Shown one piece after another: positions 1 to 9,445 of a stretch of 64,000 nucleotides of DNA; the stretch's first letter is position 1, and the number at the start of each line of letters is the position of its first letter. A model generated the notes under the pieces. It ran no database searches, was not told the DNA's origin, and saw nothing but the letters and a program-made list of their open reading frames with translations. The position numbers and the translations under genes are program-made. The stretch spans positions 23,473 through 87,472 of the forward strand of contig CACIJJ010000002.1 in NCBI GenBank assembly GCA_902587025.1, written 5' to 3'. This DNA is from an uncultured Candidatus Actinomarina sp. Its GTDB lineage: Bacteria; Actinomycetota; Acidimicrobiia; Actinomarinales; Actinomarinaceae.

Positions 1-96
1 AAATGAATCTAAGAAAATGTTTAAAAAAATTTTTTGTTTTCACAACTTTTTTTAGTCTAATAGGATAATAATTAATCTAAATTTGTTTTTTAATAC

Positions 97-102
97 TATA
101 AT
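97..102 (+). promoter_or_regulatory. candidate -10 box (TATAAT) for the tRNA-Asp/tRNA-Phe transcript
   Basis: TATAAT at 97-102, 12 nt upstream of the tRNA-Asp 5' end. No convincing -35. Confidence 0.3.
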
Positions 103-114
103 TTGGAAGTAATT

Positions 115-189
115 GGGGGCGTGGTAAAGTCTGGAGTTTACGCCTGCCTGTCACGCAGGAGGTCGCGGGTTCGAATCCCGTCGTCCCCG
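115..189 (+). tRNA. tRNA-Asp (anticodon GTC)
   Basis: Cloverleaf folded by hand. 7-bp acceptor GGGGGCG/CGTCCCC (one G-U), D-stem GTAA/TTAC, anticodon stem CCTGC/GCAGG with loop CTGTCAC, T-arm GCGGG-TTCGAAT-CCCGT, discriminator G. CCA not encoded. Confidence 0.85.
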
Positions 190-194
190 CTTTT

Positions 195-267
195 GGCCAG
201 ATAGCTCAGTCGGTAGAGCACTTGTCTGAAAAACAAGGGGTCGGCAGTTCGATTCTGCCTCTGGCCA
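195..267 (+). tRNA. tRNA-Phe (anticodon GAA)
   Basis: Acceptor GGCCAGA/TCTGGCC, D-arm GCTC-AGTCGGTA-GAGC, anticodon stem CTTGT/ACAAG with loop CTGAAAA, T-arm GGCAG-TTCGATT-CTGCC, discriminator A. Only 5 nt after tRNA-Asp. Confidence 0.9.
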
Positions 268-336
268 CAAATATCTATAAAAATTTGATTTGAACCTAAT
301 TTATGTTTAGATAATTTCAACTTTAAAATTTTTTGT

Positions 337-852
337 ATGTTTAACAATTATTTTTATCACACTGGAGAAGATGAGCCAATTGTAACTACTGCAGATTCTG
401 ACTTATTAGGGCTTCTTCTTGATTTTATAAAACATCCTTCAGTTGTCCACTTTCCAATTGCATATTCTGTAGCAATACCCTTTGTTGCTTTTGTAATTTA
501 TAAAGCTATTGCAAGTAAAACTATCAAGCTTTCTTGGTGGTACAGCGTCGTATTTACCCAATTTTTAGTATTTTTACTTCTACTTTTAGCTAGGTATACA
601 GGAAATTTGTTATATAGTGAACACGGATATGATTTGAATCCAACTAGTGAAATACAACTTCATTCAACGCTTGGGACATACTCAATTTATATTAATTTAG
701 TTCTTTTAATTGTCAGTATTCTTCCATTTTTACTTCAACGAAATCAAAAAAATCCTAAATTAATTATGAGAACTTACATTTTACTAGCTTTTGGAAATGC
801 TTTATTTATACTCTACATTGGCTACCTAGGTGGACAAATTGTTTGGGGATAA
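337..852 (+). CDS. hypothetical small polytopic membrane protein (cassette 1 cargo)
   Basis: 171-aa ORF with 4-5 hydrophobic segments. Sits between tRNA-Phe and the first tRNA-Phe 3'-half copy. Confidence 0.45.
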   Translation: MFNNYFYHTGEDEPIVTTADSDLLGLLLDFIKHPSVVHFPIAYSVAIPFVAFVIYKAIASKTIKLSWWYSVVFTQFLVFLLLLLARYTGNLLYSEHGYDLNPTSEIQLHSTLGTYSIYINLVLLIVSILPFLLQRNQKNPKLIMRTYILLAFGNALFILYIGYLGGQIVWG

Positions 853-1022
853 ACGCAAAATCATTTAAAAAATAAGCAATCAAAACCGATAAGAAATCGA
901 TAATCGCTAGTTGATGAAGTCTCTTTCAGTTACCACTCATTGACTTGAGGTTGGTCTCACTAACGAGCGATAATTGTAGATGAATAAGTTAAAATGGAAT
1001 AGGCTTGAAAGGTTTCCCCATA

Positions 1023-1067
1023 TCTGAAAAACAAGGGGTCGGCAGTTCGATTCTGCCTCTGGCCACA
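1023..1067 (+). repeat. att-like copy 1 of tRNA-Phe 3' half (identical to 223-267)
   Basis: tctgaaaaacaaggggtcggcagttcgattctgcctctggccaca matches the anticodon loop through the 3' end of tRNA-Phe exactly. Confidence 0.9.
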
Positions 1068-1093
1068 GGGTTTTTACCTAAAAAAAAATTAAG

Positions 1094-1687
1094 ATGAAAT
1101 TTTCAAAAAAAGAAGAATTTTTGAGGCAAATAGATCCTAAATTAAAAAAAATTATTGATAAGAATGGACATTTAATTTTTAAACCAAATAGGCAAAATCA
1201 ATTTGATACTCTAGTTGGAATCGTCATTTCACAATTTATATCAACAAAAGCTGCTAATTCTATTTTTACAAATATAAGGGAAAGCTTTAATTCAGAATAT
1301 CTATATCCCATACACTTTCAGAACATGTCTGTGAATAGGATAAAAAAATTAGGACTTTCCAGCAATAAAGCAAAAACTATTAAAGAGATTTCCGATCTTT
1401 ATTTGAAGCAAAATATAAAAGACTTGTCAGTTTTAAATGATAAACAACTTAACCAAACCCTATTATCAGTTTTTGGAATTGGGCCATGGTCATTGAATAT
1501 GTTTGAAATATTTTGTATTGGTAAATTAGATGTATTCTCGTCAAAAGATGCTGGTTTGAGGCAAGCAATGAATAATTTTGGAATGATAAAACCAGATAGT
1601 AATTGGGAATTGTATGATAAATACGCAAGCAAATGGTCTCCCTATAAATCAATTGCGTCGTTACATCTTTGGAAAACAGTAGATTAG
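1094..1687 (+). CDS. HhH-GPD superfamily DNA glycosylase (AlkA/3-methyladenine glycosylase II-like), cassette 2 cargo
   Basis: Helix-hairpin-helix motif followed by Asp: GIGPWSLNMFEIFCIGKLDVFSSKDAGLRQA. 197 aa. Confidence 0.6.
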   Translation: MKFSKKEEFLRQIDPKLKKIIDKNGHLIFKPNRQNQFDTLVGIVISQFISTKAANSIFTNIRESFNSEYLYPIHFQNMSVNRIKKLGLSSNKAKTIKEISDLYLKQNIKDLSVLNDKQLNQTLLSVFGIGPWSLNMFEIFCIGKLDVFSSKDAGLRQAMNNFGMIKPDSNWELYDKYASKWSPYKSIASLHLWKTVD

Positions 1688-1710
1688 ATAATTTTTACTT
1701 TAGATAATCT

Positions 1711-1754
1711 TCTGAAAAACAAGGGTCGGCAGTTCGATTCTGCCTCTGGCCACA
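1711..1754 (+). repeat. att-like copy 2 of tRNA-Phe 3' half (one G deleted)
   Basis: tctgaaaaacaagggtcggcagttcgattctgcctctggccaca. 43 of 44 positions shared with tRNA-Phe 224-267. Confidence 0.9.
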
Positions 1755-1855
1755 ATAAAAAGTACCTTTTCTATCCTTCTAAAGTATCTTGAAATTACAC
1801 AATTTAATTTTTTTAAAACCTTTAGTTCAATGCTTTTCTTTTTACAATAAATATT

Positions 1856-2617
1856 ATGGATCAATTAAAAAAAAATATTAACTTAAATAATTACAATAAC
1901 GAATTCTCAAAAGCCTTATTAGATTCGGAAAATATTTTTTTTGATATTTATCAACGTTGCAATTTTGAATTCGATTTAAATTGCGGGTCTTACTTATTTG
2001 ACGGTAAGAACTATGAGTACTCTTTAGAAATGTATGATAAACAAAAACTTTTATTTGAAATATCAAAACAAATTAATAGTGTTCTAGAAATTGGTGTATA
2101 TATGGGCCATAGTTTATTAATAATACTTTTGGCAAATCCTAATGTGACCTTTACTGGTATTGATATTGAAGAAAAATATTCAGCTAAAGCAATAAACCTC
2201 CTTTCAAGTTATTTCCCAAACTCAAAACTTGAATTTATACATTCAGATAGTCTTAAAGTATTAAAAAAAATAAATAAAAAGTATGATCTTTTCCATATTG
2301 ATGGTTCTCACAGCTCATTAATTATTTTTAAAGAACTTAAAAAAATATTCAAATTAGTAAATAATCAAAAATTAAAAGTTATTTTTGATGATGTTGATAC
2401 CTGTCAAAATGTAATAGATGCACTTGATAGGTCATTTAAAATTGAAAAAATTATTTATGCAGAAAGTAAATGGAGGAATTGTTATTTAGAGGTAGATTTA
2501 AACAAAAAAATAATTAAAAATTTATTCTTATTTCATTTCTTCTTTTATACAAGCAACTACAGTATTTTTTATAAGCAATATAAATACAAAATTAAAAAAC
2601 TAATTAAAAAAAGTTAA
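1856..2617 (+). CDS. class I SAM-dependent methyltransferase (O-methyltransferase family 3-like), cassette 3 cargo
   Basis: MTase motif I-like EIGVYMGHS, then GIDI and a HIDGSHS acidic motif. 253 aa. Confidence 0.45.
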   Translation: MDQLKKNINLNNYNNEFSKALLDSENIFFDIYQRCNFEFDLNCGSYLFDGKNYEYSLEMYDKQKLLFEISKQINSVLEIGVYMGHSLLIILLANPNVTFTGIDIEEKYSAKAINLLSSYFPNSKLEFIHSDSLKVLKKINKKYDLFHIDGSHSSLIIFKELKKIFKLVNNQKLKVIFDDVDTCQNVIDALDRSFKIEKIIYAESKWRNCYLEVDLNKKIIKNLFLFHFFFYTSNYSIFYKQYKYKIKKLIKKS

Positions 2618-2648
2618 AATTAAAAAGAGGCTTGGTCACAAAAGGATA

Positions 2649-3467
2649 ATGAAAAATAAAATAATATATTGGTACAAAAAATACGTTCCTAGAGGCATTC
2701 AAAAACTTTTTTACATATTAAAAAATATTGATGAATTAATCAAATTAGGACTTTTTAATTTTGAATTGAACAAAGATACAAGAATGTCACAACTAACTTG
2801 GACATATGCAAATTCAAGTAATGTTGACAAGAAGTTTGTTTCGAGAATCACTGAATATATAAATGCTGCAAATAATTTAGATTTACAATTTGATACAAGT
2901 ATTGAACCTGATAAATCTAGACAGTACGAATTTGAATATACAAATATGAATATGTTTCCAGGTGAACATTACAGAATGTTAGTAGGCATTATAAATACTG
3001 AAAATTTTAAAAATTTCATGGAAATAGGTACAGGTTCTGGTATTGCTTCTAAAGCTATTCTTAACAAGACTAATGCAGATATAAACACTTTTGATATTAT
3101 TCCATGGAGGGAAGACGATTCTCATCTTACAAAAGTAGAATTTACCAATAATAGGTTAACACAAATCACTGAAAATTTGTCAAACCCGCAATCTTTCAGG
3201 AAATATTCAGAACTAATTTCTAGCTCTGATTTGATTTTACTCGATGCAGATAAAAGCGGTACTTTTGAGGATTCACTACTTACTAAAATATCTACAATCT
3301 CCTTCGAGATCAAATATAGGCTCCTCTTCATTGATGATATAAGATACTTTTCAATGTACAAAATATGGAAAAAAATTCACAATCCAAAAATTGATCTTAC
3401 TTCATTTGGGCACTGGTCAGGAAGTGGACTAGTAGACATATCAAATGGCTTAATTTATAAAGACTAA
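2649..3467 (+). CDS. class I SAM-dependent methyltransferase-like protein, cassette 3 cargo
   Basis: FMEIGTGSGIAS (GxGxG motif I), then FDII, then LLDADKS. 272 aa. Confidence 0.45.
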   Translation: MKNKIIYWYKKYVPRGIQKLFYILKNIDELIKLGLFNFELNKDTRMSQLTWTYANSSNVDKKFVSRITEYINAANNLDLQFDTSIEPDKSRQYEFEYTNMNMFPGEHYRMLVGIINTENFKNFMEIGTGSGIASKAILNKTNADINTFDIIPWREDDSHLTKVEFTNNRLTQITENLSNPQSFRKYSELISSSDLILLDADKSGTFEDSLLTKISTISFEIKYRLLFIDDIRYFSMYKIWKKIHNPKIDLTSFGHWSGSGLVDISNGLIYKD

Positions 3468-3545
3468 TTTTTTTAGACAATCTATACTCAAACAGAATAA
3501 ATTATTATCAATTGAGATCAAATGTCTTTCCTCAATCAAAAAAGC

Positions 3546-3580
3546 AAGGAGTCGTCAGTTCGATTATGCCTTTGGCCACA
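3546..3580 (+). repeat. degenerate att-like copy 3 of tRNA-Phe 3' half
   Basis: caaggagtcgtcagttcgattatgcctttggccaca differs from the tRNA-Phe 3' half at 4 of 36 positions and ends with the same ggccaca. Confidence 0.7.
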
Positions 3581-3642
3581 ATAAACACATGCTATATTGA
3601 TATACAAAAATTCTACTAAGTCGATTGCTAAAATAAATACAT

Positions 3643-6138
3643 ATGAATCAAGTTAAAAAAAATAACATTTTTATTTTTTTAATAATATTTGTTGTAACTT
3701 TCATTCTCTTCTTATTTTTTAATTTATTTGATCAAAAAAATAATTTAGAAATTAATAAATTAGAAGAAAATATGTGTAAATATCACCATTCATCACTACT
3801 CAAAGAAAATTTTTCAGACACTTCAGTAGTTTTAGATATTCAATATAAAAGTAAAGGACTCTCCGTTTTTCCAGATTTAAAAAACATACTATGTGTCGGA
3901 AAAGTCATAGATTATGAGATTAATTTTTATGAGGAGGTTGGCAATTTAACTTATGTAAAACTTAATTTATATGTATTTACTCATGAAAGAATAATTAACC
4001 TATTAAAAATTTTCTTATTAATATTTATAGTTTATTTCCCAAAACTTCCATTAATTAATGACTCTTTTAGCAAAAATAATAAAATCGTCATTCTTGTATT
4101 TTTTTTACTTTTAATAAACCTAATTTTTAGTCTCAAATTTTCGATTGTTAATTTAATTATTGATATTATTTTTTACTCAACTCTGACAATATTTTTTGGA
4201 TCTGATAGTAAAAGATTTGATTTAGTAAACAAGAAACATAATATTTCCATCGATAGCCTCAGGGCTGTTGCAGTATTAGCAGTAATTTTTAATCACTTTG
4301 GATTTAAGTCTTTCGCAAGTGGCTATTTAGGTGTAGATTTATTTTTTGTTATATCTGGATATGTAATTACTAAAAAATATATACATATTAAAAATGATTC
4401 TTCTTTAAGCTTTTACGCAGAGTTTGTCTTTTTTAGATTAAAAAGAATTATTCCTAATCTAATATTTTTCATTACAATCACTTCAATTTTTGTATACCTT
4501 TTAGATTACAACTATAAAAATACACTTATCGGGGCACTTTTTGCTGTATTTGCAATTTCAAATATTTACTTTTACGTAAATTCACTTGATTATTTTTCAA
4601 TAGACTCTTCATTAAATTCATTTACCCATACATGGTCACTTGGAGTCGAAGAACAATTTTATTTAATTTTCCCTTTTCTAATTTATGCATTTGCAAGAAA
4701 TAAAATAAAAAAATCTTATTTTTTAATTCCTACTCTTTTATCTGTATTTTTGTTTTATTCAAGCACCACTACAAGTCCAAGTGCTACTTATTACTTAATA
4801 CAATATAGATTTTGGCAAATAGCATTAGGTTGCCTCTTAATAATATATAGTTTTGAATTAAAAAAATTAGCAAATCTAATACCAGTAAATGCTTTTTTAA
4901 TACCATTAATATTAGTTTTTACAATAAATACATCATATTCACGAAATTTAACATTGATATCAACCCTATTATTTGCGTTAATTATTTTAGGTATTGGAAA
5001 CTCTGACCAAAAGAGTAAAGTTCTAGAATCACCAAAACTAGCAACAATAGGTGTGTTGTCATATTCCCTATATTTATGGCATTGGCCAGTAATTAGTTTA
5101 TCTAAATGGACAAATTTTAAATTTATGACTTTTGAACTTCAGATGTTATTAATTATTACTCTTTCACTACTTTCTTTTAAATTCATAGAACAACCCTTTA
5201 GAAACATATCAATTGATAAGAGAAAAAAATATTTATTAATTCTATTTTCAACTACATTTTTGGTTTGGGTGTCTGTTTTTTCAATTACTAAATTTACAGA
5301 TAGAGACAATACATTGTCTGGAAACAATCCATACGTATTCGAGAAAAAAGATTACAAAAATATAGTAAATGAAATAGATTGCTATCACCCGAATGACATA
5401 GATAATGCTTTCGAGTCATGTATGGTTTATAAAAATGAAAAAGTAAATGTTTATCTGATTGGAGATAGTCATTCAACAAACCATTTTATTAGTTTAGAGC
5501 AAAACTTTAGAAATCAAGAAAATTATAACTTTAACCACTTAGTTGAGTGGGGGTTTATTAGAGATATCCAAGGGATTAAAGGTTGTGCACCAAGTCAAAA
5601 ATGCATTGAAAATAGTTTTGAAAAGCACTTAAATTTTTTTAGAGAAAACTTAGATAAAAATGATATTGTAATTTTTTCTTTTTCAAGAGATTGGTTCAAA
5701 ATAGATGGAGATTTACCCAGAAAAAATATAAATTCAAAGTTAACAAATTTTGAAAATAATTTTTCTAACTTAATTCAAACAATTAAAAACACTAACGCAA
5801 AAATCATCCTTTTAGATGACATACCTAAAACATGTAGCTCAAATGTAAATTTTTATAACGACATTATTGTGAAAGGCAATATCGATTCTTGTACGGTGTC
5901 AGAGGCTGTATCAATCAAAGATAGAAAAGAGCTCACAGATTTATATTCTAAATTTTTAGATGAAAATACAATTTACCTAGATCCTCACAAGGACTTCTGT
6001 AATGACGGCTTTTGTTCAATAATTGACTTAAAAACAAATGAAATAATGTTTTCAGATCTTTCGCCACATATATCGAAAAATGGACTAAAAATTATGGATG
6101 AATTTTGGAAAAAAAATTTTTACACATTAACTAAATGA
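3643..6138 (+). CDS. OafA-like O-acyltransferase (acyltransferase-3 membrane domain + C-terminal SGNH hydrolase domain) with ~200-aa N-terminal extension
   Basis: Acyltransferase-3 signature LRAVAVLAVIFNHFG...GYLGVDLFFVISGYVI, multiple TM segments, and a C-terminal GDSHS (SGNH) motif in YLIGDSHSTNHF. 831 aa. Confidence 0.7.
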   Translation: MNQVKKNNIFIFLIIFVVTFILFLFFNLFDQKNNLEINKLEENMCKYHHSSLLKENFSDTSVVLDIQYKSKGLSVFPDLKNILCVGKVIDYEINFYEEVGNLTYVKLNLYVFTHERIINLLKIFLLIFIVYFPKLPLINDSFSKNNKIVILVFFLLLINLIFSLKFSIVNLIIDIIFYSTLTIFFGSDSKRFDLVNKKHNISIDSLRAVAVLAVIFNHFGFKSFASGYLGVDLFFVISGYVITKKYIHIKNDSSLSFYAEFVFFRLKRIIPNLIFFITITSIFVYLLDYNYKNTLIGALFAVFAISNIYFYVNSLDYFSIDSSLNSFTHTWSLGVEEQFYLIFPFLIYAFARNKIKKSYFLIPTLLSVFLFYSSTTTSPSATYYLIQYRFWQIALGCLLIIYSFELKKLANLIPVNAFLIPLILVFTINTSYSRNLTLISTLLFALIILGIGNSDQKSKVLESPKLATIGVLSYSLYLWHWPVISLSKWTNFKFMTFELQMLLIITLSLLSFKFIEQPFRNISIDKRKKYLLILFSTTFLVWVSVFSITKFTDRDNTLSGNNPYVFEKKDYKNIVNEIDCYHPNDIDNAFESCMVYKNEKVNVYLIGDSHSTNHFISLEQNFRNQENYNFNHLVEWGFIRDIQGIKGCAPSQKCIENSFEKHLNFFRENLDKNDIVIFSFSRDWFKIDGDLPRKNINSKLTNFENNFSNLIQTIKNTNAKIILLDDIPKTCSSNVNFYNDIIVKGNIDSCTVSEAVSIKDRKELTDLYSKFLDENTIYLDPHKDFCNDGFCSIIDLKTNEIMFSDLSPHISKNGLKIMDEFWKKNFYTLTK

Positions 6139-7493
6139 AAAGATATGATTTAACATTATCAAAGTTAGTATTTGTTTTAATTAGTTTATCAAGCATCTAT
6201 GTCTTAATTTACAATATATTTCACTTTAACCCTATTTTAGGATACGACGCAGAAGCACATTACAGCTATGTAGACTTCCTATCTAGGTATCTACCAAATG
6301 ATATAAAACTACCAACTAAAAATGATACACGAGAATTTTTTAACCCACCTTTGGGCTATGTTGTACCAGCTATAGCACAAGTTTTATGTAGAAATATAAT
6401 TGAGTCAAACAACTTTTTAATTGAGTGCCAACCGATTTATGGAAAGGTAACCCAAATTTTTCAATCATTATTATATATTGCGACAATAATGATTAATTTG
6501 TATACATTGAAATTATTTAATAAATCAAATACATTCCTAAATACTGGGTATTTGATATTGATTTCACTTTTTGCTGTAAACTATAGAACTTTATCAATGA
6601 TAAGGGGTGAGCCATATATTTTATTCTTTTTAAGTTTATTTTTACTTGTAATATTTAAAGCTGAAAAAAATCATTTTCATTTCAATTTTAAATTTATTTT
6701 TTCAGCTGGGGTTGTAATTGCTTGTATTGCTTTAAGTAGACAATGGGGTTTTTTTCTATTTATTCCATTGATATATTTATTATTTCTTCAAAAACCAAAG
6801 AAACAATATTTTTTATTCTGGTTATATAGTTCTTTTTTGGGAGCTTTATTTTCTAGTTGGTTTTATATTGGGCTTTATCAAAAATATGGTTCATTTACAG
6901 CTTTTAATATGCAATCCGAGAGTTTTTCATTCGCAAATCAATCACGTCAATTTTACATCCCAACCTTTAATAATTTTCAATATTTGTTTACTAAACCAAT
7001 AAGGCCTAATTTAGATAATCAGTTTTTTTCAATATTATATTCAGATGTTTGGGGCGATTATTGGGGATATTTTGTTTTCACATCTAGGTTTATCGATATT
7101 GGCCGAAATCAAGAGTTAATCGGAGATTATTTAGCAAGGGTTAATTTAGTTTCTTTTTTTACTTCAACGTTAATAATATCCTTTTGTTTTATTGTTTTTC
7201 GGAAATATAAATCAAATTTTTTAATAAAGTATTTAAATTATGCAATAATATTTAGCTTGTTAGGATATCTTCTCTTCACAATTAATTATCCAACAACAAG
7301 TGGAGATACTATTAAATCTACATATATTATTCAAGTATTTCATTTAATGGCTTTTATGGCTTCTATTTATTTTTATAATTTAAAGAATACAAATCAAAGA
7401 ATCTATAACTTATTATTATCACTTTTGGTAATTATTTATTTCCACAACTTTGAGTCTTATTTATCCCACTATCCTTTTAATTTCCTTCCATAA
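6135..7493 (+). CDS. polytopic membrane protein, possible GT-C-type (ArnT/PMT-like) glycosyltransferase
   Basis: 452 aa with more than 10 hydrophobic segments. Start overlaps the upstream stop (ATGA). No diagnostic motif recognised. Confidence 0.4.
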   Translation: MKRYDLTLSKLVFVLISLSSIYVLIYNIFHFNPILGYDAEAHYSYVDFLSRYLPNDIKLPTKNDTREFFNPPLGYVVPAIAQVLCRNIIESNNFLIECQPIYGKVTQIFQSLLYIATIMINLYTLKLFNKSNTFLNTGYLILISLFAVNYRTLSMIRGEPYILFFLSLFLLVIFKAEKNHFHFNFKFIFSAGVVIACIALSRQWGFFLFIPLIYLLFLQKPKKQYFLFWLYSSFLGALFSSWFYIGLYQKYGSFTAFNMQSESFSFANQSRQFYIPTFNNFQYLFTKPIRPNLDNQFFSILYSDVWGDYWGYFVFTSRFIDIGRNQELIGDYLARVNLVSFFTSTLIISFCFIVFRKYKSNFLIKYLNYAIIFSLLGYLLFTINYPTTSGDTIKSTYIIQVFHLMAFMASIYFYNLKNTNQRIYNLLLSLLVIIYFHNFESYLSHYPFNFLP

Positions 7494-7556
7494 TTTAAAT
7501 TTAAAATATTTACTTGTATTAAATATCATTTAATTGTTTATCTATCATTGAGTTAA

Positions 7557-8522
7557 ATGAAAAAAATATTAATTACAGGCATCACAGGTCAGGACGGTTT
7601 ATTCTTATCAAAAAATTTAATGGAAGCCGATCCTAATACAAAAATTTTTGGGGTATCTAGAAAGGTAACTAACAATGGATTTAAAAAAAAATTAATAGAT
7701 TTAGGCGTAACAAATTTAGATAATTTTAAAATCTATAACATTGATTTACTTAATAAGACTAAAGTAAGAGAATTAATTAACACACTTCAACCAACATCGA
7801 TATTTAATTTAAGTGGACCAAGTTCTGTATATGAGTCTTTAACTCGTCCCAATGAGACATTCCTTGAGATTACTATGATATTTGACAATTTAATTGAAGC
7901 TATGTTCGAAGAAAATAATATTATTCCCTTTTTTCAAGCTTCTTCATCAGAAATGTATGGAAAAAATAATGAAACGGTTTTGAAAGAAGATTCAGAATTT
8001 GCACCACAATCAGCATACGCTAAAGCAAAGTTAGAAAACCATAATAAGGTAATTGAACTTTCAAAACAATTTAATATTAAGTCTGGAATAATGTTCAATC
8101 ATGAATCTGAATTTAGAACATCAAAATATTTATTCAAAAAAGTTATATTAGGTGCAAAAGAAATAAGTCAAAAAAAAACAAATAATCTAAAAATAGGAAG
8201 TCTAAAGTATGAACGAGACTGGACATTTGCTGGAGATGTTTCTAAAGCAATGATTAAGATTATAAATTTTGGTACTAAAAGTTCCTACATCATAGGGAGA
8301 GGACAATCGCATTCTATAGAATATCTGATTTCATTAGTTTTTAGCCATTTCAACTTAAACTGGAAAAAGTATGTTGAAGTTGATCCATCTTTATTAAGGG
8401 ATGGAGATCCTGAAAAAATTGCTTGCGACCCTTCAAGGTTGAACAAAGAGTTGAACTGGAAACCAGAGTATACTTTTGAAAACCTTGTAGAGAGATGTGT
8501 TTTAAAATCGATGGAAAGTTAA
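7557..8522 (+). CDS. GDP-mannose 4,6-dehydratase family protein (divergent second Gmd paralog, extended SDR)
   Basis: N-terminal ILITGITGQDG, catalytic SSSEMYG and YAKAK (YxxxK). 321 aa versus 344 aa for the canonical gmd at 25404. Confidence 0.55.
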   Translation: MKKILITGITGQDGLFLSKNLMEADPNTKIFGVSRKVTNNGFKKKLIDLGVTNLDNFKIYNIDLLNKTKVRELINTLQPTSIFNLSGPSSVYESLTRPNETFLEITMIFDNLIEAMFEENNIIPFFQASSSEMYGKNNETVLKEDSEFAPQSAYAKAKLENHNKVIELSKQFNIKSGIMFNHESEFRTSKYLFKKVILGAKEISQKKTNNLKIGSLKYERDWTFAGDVSKAMIKIINFGTKSSYIIGRGQSHSIEYLISLVFSHFNLNWKKYVEVDPSLLRDGDPEKIACDPSRLNKELNWKPEYTFENLVERCVLKSMES

Positions 8523-8635
8523 ATTAGAAATAAATATTATGAAAAATAAATTACTTTTTAATTTCGGAATTTAAACAAATAAAAATATTTTTAAATAAAA
8601 GGGTTAGAGAGTTTATTTTGTTAAATATTGTCAAA

Positions 8636-9367
8636 TTACCAAAATTTATGTGTTTTTATATATAGTTTTAAAATATTAAATCCCGATTCAATAATTATTC
8701 TGAAACTCATCTTTGATTTACCATTAGCTCTATCAATAAATGAAATAGGATACTCTAAAATTGAATTTTTGTTACTTATCACCAAACTTAAAATCTCAAC
8801 TAAAAACGAATATCCACTAGATTCAATATCTTTAAAATTAATTTCTTTTAAAATTTTTTGATCATACACTCTAAATCCAGATGTTAAATCATTTACATCT
8901 GTTCTTAGTACGTGCTTAGCAATTTTATTTGAGTATTTAGAAAGAATTCTTCTATGGTTTTTCCAACCAATTATTTCTCCACCTTTTACATATCTACTTC
9001 CAATTACCAAATCAGTTGTATCTTTGAGAATCATTTGACTCAAATCCTCTATACGATGAGATAAGTCAGCATCCATTTGAATTATTTTTGTATAGTTGTT
9101 TTTTAAAGCGTATTCGAAACCCTGTATCACTGCTTTTGCATAGCTTCTACTTTCTATCCTTCGAATCCCAAATAAATTATTATTAAATTGATTATGTTGC
9201 TGAATTAATTCAAAGGTTCCATCAGGAGAGCTGTCATCAACGACTAGTACATGTACTCCAATAGAAATAAGCTTATCGATTAAAGTTAAAATATTTTGAC
9301 TTTCGTTGAATGTTGGAATGACAGCTATTGCTTTATTATTAAGATTAGTCATATATATCCTAAACAT
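8636..9367 (-). CDS. GT2 glycosyltransferase, dolichyl/undecaprenyl-phosphate sugar synthase (DPM1/ArnC-like)
   Basis: IAVIPTFNESQNI, then VLVVDDSSPDGT, then MDADLSH (DxD). 243 aa. Confidence 0.75.
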   Translation of the reverse strand: MFRIYMTNLNNKAIAVIPTFNESQNILTLIDKLISIGVHVLVVDDSSPDGTFELIQQHNQFNNNLFGIRRIESRSYAKAVIQGFEYALKNNYTKIIQMDADLSHRIEDLSQMILKDTTDLVIGSRYVKGGEIIGWKNHRRILSKYSNKIAKHVLRTDVNDLTSGFRVYDQKILKEINFKDIESSGYSFLVEILSLVISNKNSILEYPISFIDRANGKSKMSFRIIIESGFNILKLYIKTHKFW

Positions 9368-9445
9368 TATATTAGGGCACTTTTAGAGATGTTAAATAAA
9401 CATACTCAACTCTATCTTTATGAAAGAAAGTATTTGGTGGCTAAA

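Noticed and set aside
138-347. 69-aa minus-strand ORF
   Set aside because: It lies entirely antisense to the tRNA-Asp and tRNA-Phe genes. Its translation is just the reverse complement of tRNA stems.
898-975. Imperfect ~11-bp inverted repeat (cgataatcgct ... agcgataattg) separated by ~55 bp downstream of ORF 337-852
   Set aside because: Imperfect with a long spacer. No T-tract, so not a convincing terminator or transposon end.
3511-3545. Hairpin attgag-n15-ctcaat followed by A-run
   Set aside because: No T-tract on either strand in the right orientation for an intrinsic terminator. It is likely just part of the decayed att region.
8628-8861. 77-aa plus-strand ORF
   Set aside because: Fully antisense to the well-supported GT2 gene at 8636-9367.
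9296-9445. N-terminal 50 codons of track ORF 9296-10189
   Set aside because: It would overlap the convergent/divergent GT2 gene on the other strand by 72 nt. GT25 proteins begin at the MxxKFYVI-type motif, so an internal start was chosen.
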